Source: a bacterium (GTDB lineage Bacteria; UBP15; UBA6099; DSWB01). From it: a DNA stretch of 42,021 nucleotides. Location: assembly GCA_020061125.1 (NCBI GenBank), contig JAGUYV010000078.1, positions 1 to 42,021 on the forward strand, written 5' to 3'. Both the position numbers and the translations under genes were made by a program. The number at the start of each line of letters is the position of its first letter. Position 1 is the stretch's first letter. This document shows, in pieces, positions 8,264 to 15,700 of the stretch. The notes under the pieces are model-generated. The model did no database searches, was not told the origin of the DNA, and worked only from the letters and a program-made list of their open reading frames with translations.

Positions 8264-9247
8264 ATGCCTGCGAATCTGTCTCCAGAATTCAAAAGAGCGG
8301 AAGAAGATTTCCGCAACGCAACCACGCCCCAGGAAAAGATCATCGCCCTCGAACTCATGATGGCGACCATTCCCAAACACAAGGGCACGGAAAAAATGCA
8401 GGCGGACATCAAGCGCCGCTTGAGCAAACTGCGCAACACCGAGGAGAAAACCGCGGGCAAGCGCGGAGACGCCCTGCATGTGCGCAAAGAGGGCGCGGCG
8501 CAGGTGGTTGTGGCCGGGCCGCCCAACGCGGGCAAATCGGCCCTGATCAGAGCGCTCACGGGCGCGGAGGCCGAGGTGGCTCCATACCCCTTCACCACGG
8601 TGCGTCCCTTCCCCTACATGATGCCTTTCGAAGACATCCAGATCCAGCTTGTGGACACCGGGCCGGTAGCCGAGGACCGGCTGGAACCCTACCATGTGAA
8701 CCTGCTGCGCAACGCCGATCTCGCGCTCCTGGTCCTGGATCTGGCGGCCGCCGCGCCGGTCACGGATTTCGAAGCCGCGCTGCGCGCCATGAGCCGCGCC
8801 AAAGTGGAATTCGTGCGCGATTTCAGCGGCGAAGCGCCCGAGTACGGGGTCAAGCCCAAACGCACGCTGGTGGCCGTGAACAAGTGTGACCAGGACGAGG
8901 ACGACATTCTTCTGGACGAGGTGCGCGCCGCGCTCGGCGAACGGTTCGAGCTTGTCCCGGTGTCGTGCGAGACAGAAATGAACATAGAAGATCTGCGCCG
9001 GATGATATTTGAAGGATCACAAATCTTGCGCGTGTATTCCAAAATTCCCGGCCGGCCCGCGGATCTGGACAAGCCTTTCGTTGCGCCTTCGGGCAGCACG
9101 GTGCTGGATGTGGCGAGGCTCGTTCACAAGGAATTCGCCGAGAATCTGCGCTACGCGCGCATCTGGGGATCCGAACGCTTCGACGGTCAAAAAGTGCAAC
9201 GCGACTATGTGGTGCACGACAAAGATGTGATCGAACTCCACATTTGA
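8264..9247 (+). CDS. DRG/Rbg1-like (Obg-superfamily) GTPase with C-terminal TGS domain
   Basis: G1 GPPNAGKS, G2 YPFTT, G3 DTGP, G4 NKCD. The N-terminal helical segment IPKHKGTEKMQADIKRRLSKLR resembles the DRG N-terminus. The C-terminal RVYSKIPGRPADLDKPFVAPSGSTVLDVARLVHKEF...VQRDYVVHDKDVIELH is a TGS domain. The ORF-track start at 8255 is a TTG; the ATG at 8264 is preferred. Confidence 0.85.
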   Translation: MPANLSPEFKRAEEDFRNATTPQEKIIALELMMATIPKHKGTEKMQADIKRRLSKLRNTEEKTAGKRGDALHVRKEGAAQVVVAGPPNAGKSALIRALTGAEAEVAPYPFTTVRPFPYMMPFEDIQIQLVDTGPVAEDRLEPYHVNLLRNADLALLVLDLAAAAPVTDFEAALRAMSRAKVEFVRDFSGEAPEYGVKPKRTLVAVNKCDQDEDDILLDEVRAALGERFELVPVSCETEMNIEDLRRMIFEGSQILRVYSKIPGRPADLDKPFVAPSGSTVLDVARLVHKEFAENLRYARIWGSERFDGQKVQRDYVVHDKDVIELHI

Positions 9248-9292
9248 AACCATGGATGCGGGATTGCTGCTGCGCAACGGTGCGGCCGCGGG

Positions 9293-11806
9293 TCAGCCGC
9301 GCATTTCCGTGCGCGCGATGATTTCGTCCTGAATGGATTTTCCGAGGTCGGTAAAGCAGGCGCTGTAGCCGGACACGCGCACCACCAGGCCGCGGTGCCG
9401 GTCCGGGTTTTTCTGCGCGTCGCGCAGGGTTTCGTTGTCCACGGCGTTGCACTGCACATGCATGCCGCCGGCAAGGAAATAGGCGCGCAGCATGGCGATG
9501 AATTTTCCGCGCCCTTCTTCAGTGCTGAAAAGTGACGGACTGAACTTCATGTTCAGGCTGCCGCCGTTGGTGACATTCTCGTGATTGATACGGGCCACGG
9601 ACAGGAACACGCCCGTAGGCCCCGCGGTTTCCGCACCGTTGACCGGCGAGATGCTGTTGGACACCGGCTCGCCAGCGCGGCGTCCGTCAGGAGTTGCGCC
9701 CAGGAGCATGCCGTCATGCACATGCATGCCGTATGAGAAGAACCCTGGCCTGAATCGGCAGCCCGGACGCCACGCCTTGCAGCGAGCCACCTCGTCGCAG
9801 AACAGCGCGGCCACACGCGCGGCCAATGCGTCGGCCTCGGGGTTGTCGGCCCCGTAGCGCGGCGTGTTGCTCCACAGGAAACGGCGCATCTTTTCCCGGC
9901 CCCGGAAATTCGATGCCAGGGCGTCGAGCATTTCGTCCATTGTATAACGATTCTCGTCGTACACGAACCGTTTGAGCGCGCCCAGGGAGTCTGCGACTGT
10001 GGCCAGGCCGCGGCCCGATATGGACGCAAAATTGTATGCCGTCCCGCCCGCGGTCATGTCCGTTGCGTTCTCCACGCAGCTCTCGAAGGTGGAACTGATG
10101 AACGGATTGGGGAACGCGCGGGCGAAAGCCTCGTCCTTGGCGTTCACGCACCGGGCGATGAAGCGCACGGTGTGGCGCAACTGGCGGTGGAACGCGAACC
10201 AGAGGTTGTCGAAATCCCTGAACTCGCGCGGGTCGCCGGTGCGCGGTCCCAGGCGCCGCCCCATGATGAGCAGGCGGCCGTTGTTAAGCGTCATCTCCAG
10301 AACCGCGGCCAGGGACACATCGTTGCCGCTGGTGCAGGCGAAGGCGTCGTGCTGGGGCGCAGGCTCCACGCAGCCGATGACCGCATAGTCACGCGCGTGC
10401 TCCGCGGCGCACCCGCAGTTTTGTTGCGATTTCACAACCACGGCGTCGTTGAACAGCGCCAGGCCGGAAGTAAAATGATGCGTTTCCGCAACTTTTTGAA
10501 CGAATTCCGCGGGCGTGTGCGCATGCAGGCGCACGGCCACGGAATTGGGCATGGCGCGAACATTTATGAACGCATCGAGAAAAAGGAACGACAACTCGTT
10601 GGTGGCGTCGCCGCCGCCGGGGGTCAGCCCGCCCAGGGTCACGGCCTGCGCGTCCGCGCCCAGTTCCGACGCCGTGTCCTTGGCGTACGACGGCAGCGGG
10701 ATCAGGTTGCCGCTCAACTTGATGAGCAGTTCCTCGACGAGTTCGCGCGCGGCGTCTCGGGTGACCGCGCCGCGGCGCAGGTCTTCGGCGTAGTATGGAA
10801 GCAGATACTGGTCTGGCCGCCCGATGGCGAGGATGCCCCCGATGCCATAGGACAGCACGGCCGCAAGCTGCGTGAACCACAGGGATTGCAGGGCTTCGTG
10901 AAACGATTCCGGGGGAAGCCAGGGCACGCGGGACGCATGCTGCGCGATCTGGAGCAACTCGTCGCGCCGCACCGGGTCCGGCTCGTTGCCCGCCATGTCC
11001 ACGGAAAGCGCCGCGAACCGGCCCGCGAACGCGCGCGCCGCGGCGCAGCATGTTTTCACCGCTTCGAGAAACTGCTTTTTGTCTTCCGGCGGATTGGTTT
11101 TCAAAATTTCCGCCGCGCGATCATGGACCGCCTTGAGTCCGAGGGGCAGCACGCGGCTGTGGCCCACGCTCAAATGCCCCTGCACATCGAACACATTGTG
11201 CACGAGCCATGGATTGCTGATCTGCAACTCCCTTATTGTCTCCAGGAGGAACCGCTCACGGCCCGAGGTGTGGGCGCGGAAGGTCTTCCACAGATGATCC
11301 GGCCCGAAAGCGCGGGATCGCTCGAACAGGGCGCGGGGCGACAGGCGCGGCGGATCCGCGGCCAGGTCCCGCTCCTTCCACAGCCTGTGCTTGATGTCCC
11401 GCAGCGTGCGGCCCTCCCACCAGGGCAGGATGCTGTTGAGCAATTCTTTTCTGTCTTCGGGATTGCAGCGGTATGGCTGGCGCTCGCGCGTAAGCAGGTT
11501 GTCCAGATCCATTTTCATGATCACATTCATCTCGCCGCGCTCCACGGGCAGCATGGTTCCGATTACCTTGCTGGTGCGGTTGCCCGCGATGCGCTCTTCG
11601 GGCAATATGAAAATGGACATGTTCAGCAGAATGTTTTCCAGGGCGCGGGCCGCGCGCGCGGCCGGGTGCAGTCCGCGCGTTTTGCGGTACGATTCCGTGA
11701 CGAGCCGCGCGCGTTCCACGCAAATTTCATACGGCGCATTCAGGATGCGGTCCCTGTACGCCGCGGCGCGCGTCGTGATCGGCGGATTCTGGTTCAATGT
11801 TTTCAA
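9293..11806 (-). CDS. Glycyl radical enzyme, PFL2/glycerol-dehydratase-like family (substrate unknown)
   Basis: C-terminal glycyl radical motif GLVVRVSGYSACFTDL. Thiyl-radical loop YAVIGCVEPAP. N-terminus ...RDRILNAPYEICVERARLVTESYRKT... is typical of this family. The ORF-track start at 11944 is a TTG, and its first ~46 codons are Arg-rich and contain a REP hairpin. A TTG at 11806 or 11797 is therefore the more likely start. Confidence 0.9.
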   Translation of the reverse strand: MKTLNQNPPITTRAAAYRDRILNAPYEICVERARLVTESYRKTRGLHPAARAARALENILLNMSIFILPEERIAGNRTSKVIGTMLPVERGEMNVIMKMDLDNLLTRERQPYRCNPEDRKELLNSILPWWEGRTLRDIKHRLWKERDLAADPPRLSPRALFERSRAFGPDHLWKTFRAHTSGRERFLLETIRELQISNPWLVHNVFDVQGHLSVGHSRVLPLGLKAVHDRAAEILKTNPPEDKKQFLEAVKTCCAAARAFAGRFAALSVDMAGNEPDPVRRDELLQIAQHASRVPWLPPESFHEALQSLWFTQLAAVLSYGIGGILAIGRPDQYLLPYYAEDLRRGAVTRDAARELVEELLIKLSGNLIPLPSYAKDTASELGADAQAVTLGGLTPGGGDATNELSFLFLDAFINVRAMPNSVAVRLHAHTPAEFVQKVAETHHFTSGLALFNDAVVVKSQQNCGCAAEHARDYAVIGCVEPAPQHDAFACTSGNDVSLAAVLEMTLNNGRLLIMGRRLGPRTGDPREFRDFDNLWFAFHRQLRHTVRFIARCVNAKDEAFARAFPNPFISSTFESCVENATDMTAGGTAYNFASISGRGLATVADSLGALKRFVYDENRYTMDEMLDALASNFRGREKMRRFLWSNTPRYGADNPEADALAARVAALFCDEVARCKAWRPGCRFRPGFFSYGMHVHDGMLLGATPDGRRAGEPVSNSISPVNGAETAGPTGVFLSVARINHENVTNGGSLNMKFSPSLFSTEEGRGKFIAMLRAYFLAGGMHVQCNAVDNETLRDAQKNPDRHRGLVVRVSGYSACFTDLGKSIQDEIIARTEMRG

Positions 11807-11861
11807 CCCTGTTGTTTGTTGGCTTGTGGCATTGTGTCTTGCGCCGGATACCCTGCTAAAT

Positions 11862-11887
11862 GTAGGGCGGCATCGCCGAATGCCGCC
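11862..11887 (+). repeat. REP-like element (GTAG + 8-bp stem hairpin)
   Basis: GTAG-GGCGGCAT-CGCCGA-ATGCCGCC: a conserved GTAG tetranucleotide followed by a perfect 8-bp stem and a CGCCGA loop. Confidence 0.65.
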
Positions 11888-11962
11888 GCCGCTTACTTCA
11901 GAACCTGCGCATGCGTGTCTTATTCTGATGATACAACGCGGCAAAAAAAATTCCCAGGCAGT

Positions 11963-12451
11963 TCATCCTTCAATCAAAGGATGACAGATTCCGAACCATT
12001 GCCACTGCTCCGCAGATTCGCACAATTTCGCGCGCACCGGATTCATCCTCATATATTCCATCTTTTCATAATACAAATCGTTCTTCCGAAGGAGCCTGTC
12101 AAAAAATTCTTTTTGCCACAACGGTATCTCGTAACCGAGATTCATGGCCGCTCTTGAAGTCCAGCGCTTGAAATCCCGCAGAAACCCTGAAATTGATTTG
12201 AGGTTCTTTACATTGAAGCACAGGAAATGAAGGTGATCGGGCATAATCACATAAGCGCCGACAGCCCAACCGTGCTTATCCACGGTTTGATGCAGCGATT
12301 CTGTTATGGATTTGCAAAGGTCAGGCTCCGTAAGAATCGCTCGGCGATCTTTTGCACACATTGTCACATAATATATCGAATGACGCTGATTGACGAATGG
12401 CCTCAACCTGCGCAGATGCTTGCGTTTTTTATGCTCCGGGTTTCCGTCCAT
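11963..12451 (-). CDS. REP-associated tyrosine transposase (RAYT), IS200/IS605 TnpA-like HUH Y1 family
   Basis: HUH motif in VIMPDHLHFLC. C-terminal tyrosine motif YYEKMEYMRMNPVRAKL. N-terminal ...SIYYVTMCAKDRR. The ORF-track start at 12478 is a TTG; the ATG at 12451 gives MDGNPEHKKRKHL. Confidence 0.8.
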   Translation of the reverse strand: MDGNPEHKKRKHLRRLRPFVNQRHSIYYVTMCAKDRRAILTEPDLCKSITESLHQTVDKHGWAVGAYVIMPDHLHFLCFNVKNLKSISGFLRDFKRWTSRAAMNLGYEIPLWQKEFFDRLLRKNDLYYEKMEYMRMNPVRAKLCESAEQWQWFGICHPLIEG

Positions 12452-12488
12452 AATCGCCGGACTCTCTGCAAAGAGCAATTCGAGGCAA

Positions 12489-12514
12489 GGCGCGGTTCGG
12501 CGACCGCGCCCTAC
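12489..12514 (-). repeat. REP-like element (GTAG + 8-bp stem hairpin), inverted copy
   Basis: The minus strand reads GTAG-GGCGCGGT-CGCCGA-ACCGCGCC. It has the same GTAGGGCG head and the same CGCCGA loop as the copy at 11862-11887. Confidence 0.65.
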
Positions 12515-12721
12515 ATCTTAAAGCATACTAAGGTATGTTCTTGAATGTACAAATTACTGAAATGAGCCGCCTGAAAAACCACTGAAAAACACCGCCCTGA
12601 ACACCACAGGAATAGCTTCGTCCAATATGCTCTACCCTACAAAAGACTTGTACAAACTCACTTTGAGATCACCGCCGAAAACCACCGGGGCGAAAACCAG
12701 TGTGCGGCATTGCCGATGTGG

Positions 12722-15700
12722 TTATTTCAACCCCGGCCCCACGGGATCGGTGAAACTGCGGCGGGGCGCGGACGGGCGCAGGTCTTTGGCCTTGATGTTG
12801 TCTATGTTGTCAATTTCGCTGTAGAACACGCGGCCGTTGTACGCGCCCTTGATCACGGCCCAGGGCGCGGGATGCGTGTCCGCGGCCCATGCGCCGGCCA
12901 GGGTGAAGGAATAGGTGCGATCCATGCCCGCGGGCACGGCGAACCCGATCATGCGCGGGGTCACGCGCGCCAGGGCGAACTCATCCACCAGGCCCGCGCC
13001 CCAGGTTTCCAGTGGGGTGATCAGATACAGCTCGCCCTCAATGCTCTGGGCCGTGGGGTTGCGCAGGGTTACGCTCACCGCGCCGTCCTCGAACCGCGCG
13101 GACACCAGGTCCAGCTTGTGATCCCCAACTTCGAGGATGTCCTGCAGGATTTGCCCACCATGCTCGGTCTGCGCCTTGATCACGCCGTCGCGGCCCGAAC
13201 CCAGGAACAGAATGGCAACCTTTTTCGCGAAGGTCTGGCCCGGCTGCAGCACATAGTCGAACTCGGCCGGGACCGCGCGCCAGTCCGGGGGCGTGACAAT
13301 CCGCACCTTGCCCTCGACTTTGCGGTCAATGTAATCGTTGTTCACGAACACCTCGACTTCATTCACGCTTACGCCGCCCTGTGAGATGTGGATCTTGGTC
13401 TGGATGTCGCCGCGCAAGCCGATGGACACGGGCAGATAGCCCATGGGCGCGGCGCCGTTGTTGTGGAGCCAGAACTTGTTGAACACCGGCGAGAACGGCT
13501 CGGTGACCGGGCCGAGGGCTGCGGGAAGCTGCAGGGCCGGGGGATTCTGCGGCGCATAGCCGATGGTGCGGATGTCGAACGCGCCCATGTCCAGCTTGAG
13601 GGTGCCGGTTTCCACGGGCAGGCGGCCGAAATCGTCCTGTTCGAGCATGTTGGACCACAGGGCTTTGCGGATGCCGGTGAAGGCTTCCACGGACGCCTGC
13701 TGCGAAAACCCGGAGGCCTCATAATAGCGCAGCATGATGTTCTCCCTGGGAGTCTGCGGAGTGAAGGCCAGTGAAGCGGTGGGGTTGCCGCGCGGCTTCA
13801 TGGCGGTGAGCACCAGAGTGTCGCCTCGGGTGGTGAGGAAGCTCATGCCCCCGCGCGGCAGGTCGCCCATGTGGGTTTCGAGTTGCATTGCGATGAGCGG
13901 GTTGTTGTATTCGTATCCGGTGCGGTACATGGCCGCGTCGCGCCAGTTGCCCTTGTGCGGGACCAGTGCGTAGGGGAACACGGCGGTGCGCTGCTCGGGG
14001 ATGAACGGGAACGGCAGGCGGCGGAAGAACGACGCCGTGTGCATGAGCGCCATGGCCATGGTGCCGTCGTTCTCGATGCTGTTGAACACCGTGCCCTTGT
14101 TGAGCAGGGCCACGCCGTAGTCTTCGACTCTCTGGTCCGAGCCGGAGGCGTTCACGGCCGCGCCCAGGGTGATGACCGCGTCCGCGTCGAAATCCGCGGC
14201 CAGGGCGTCGGCGGCGCGCTGCAGGGCCTCGTCGTCCAGCGCCTTGAGAATCAGCAGCGGAACCGGCGGCCAATCATCAGGAGAAGTGGGGTCCAGCACG
14301 AACAGATACGCGAACCCTTTTTCCGTGACATCGGCTTCGAACTGTTGCACGAGCGCTGGGTCGAGTTCCTTGAACACGCTGCGCGTGAAGGCGTTGTTCG
14401 TGCCGCTGTTGATGGAGATGCGGAACGAGGTTCCGAAATTGAGGTCGAAATTCATGTCTTCGGGCATGGTGGAATCAGAGCGCGGGAGTGCGGCGAGGCG
14501 CTTTTCATCCGCATCGTCGAACCACGGGGTGGAGGGGATGCCCTTTCGAATCAGGGACAGCGTGATTTTGTCCGCGGCCGCGCGCGTGGAGGACTGGTGA
14601 TCCGTAATGAGGCCCATCATGCCCAGAGCGAAGCTGGCCTGGGTCTGGCCCTCGTCGTCGCGAAACTCGAGCAATCCGCTATGGCTCTGGTCCAACCACT
14701 GGTATGCGGCTTCGGCGCCGTGCCCGCTGTAGTTGCGCATCTGCCAGGTCTGGAAGTTGAGCTTGCCCTTGCTCTTGTGGCGCACGAGCGCGCCGTAGCG
14801 TTCCTCGAACACGGGCACGGCGTTGGCCACATCCACGGGGAAGGTGACCACGAACATGTCGTCGGTTCCCCGGTAATCCACGATGCGGGTGATGAAATCA
14901 ATGCGGGGCAGGTCCTTGTAAAGAATGATTTCCTGTTCCTTGCCCGTGTCGCCCACCGCGCCGCGGATGATCAGGCGCTCGGTGATCGCGCCCGCGGTTT
15001 TTTCCACGAGCGCGGGCTTTTCGCTGGAGAATTTTTTGTCTCCGGTCGTATACACTTCCCAGGGCGGCTCGTTGCGCACGGGGTTTTCCTTGAGCGCGGC
15101 GATGTCGTTGCCCACGCCGTTACCCGGCGCCATGACCTGCTTGCCGTTGATCTTGTCGTACAGGCTGACGATGCCGCCGCCCTTGAGCGGGTCCACCTCG
15201 AGTTTGTAGAAGCTGTTCTCGATGAAAACATCCTCGGACTTGCCGGGGACCGTGCCCTCGGGCATCTGATCCGCAGGGACCACGAAGTAGGTCGTGTACC
15301 CCATCTCCGGGACTTTTTCCGCGAGGAACAGGATGGTGACGGTGTTGGTGTCGCGGTCCGCGCGCTCGATCTCGAAGGGGATCATGGCGCCCGAAGCGTC
15401 GGCGACGAAGAACCCGCCCGGCGCCTGGTCTCCGAATTCCACGACCGCGCGCGCAACATCCTTGCGGCTCCAGTTCAACGGGTTGAACACGGCGATGGGG
15501 ATAGCCCCGGCCGGGACCCCGGACGGGGGCTGCGTGTCAATGAATCGGCCGATGTGGGCCGCGGATTTGTCCAGCACGCCCGCAGCCAGTTCCAGGGCTT
15601 CGCGATAGCCCTGCATCAGATCCAGATAGGATTTGTCGTTAATGGTGCCGGTGATGGCGTCGTGGTGCTGTCCGAACAGAAGCTGGCGCCAGGCCTTGTC

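Larger units (their letters stand above)
11862..12514 (-). mobile_element. REP-RAYT-REP unit: domesticated IS200-like tyrosine transposase flanked by inverted REP hairpins
   Basis: Two near-identical GTAG-hairpin elements in inverted orientation bracket the RAYT gene (see the individual features). The interval has lower GC than its neighbours. Confidence 0.65.

Noticed and set aside
11807-11944. N-terminal extension of the glycyl radical enzyme ORF (track start 11944).
   Set aside because: The start there is a TTG and the sequence is Arg/Cys-rich and unlike GRE N-termini. The extension also contains the REP hairpin at 11862-11887. GRE homology begins around ...NQNPPITTRAAAYRDRIL.
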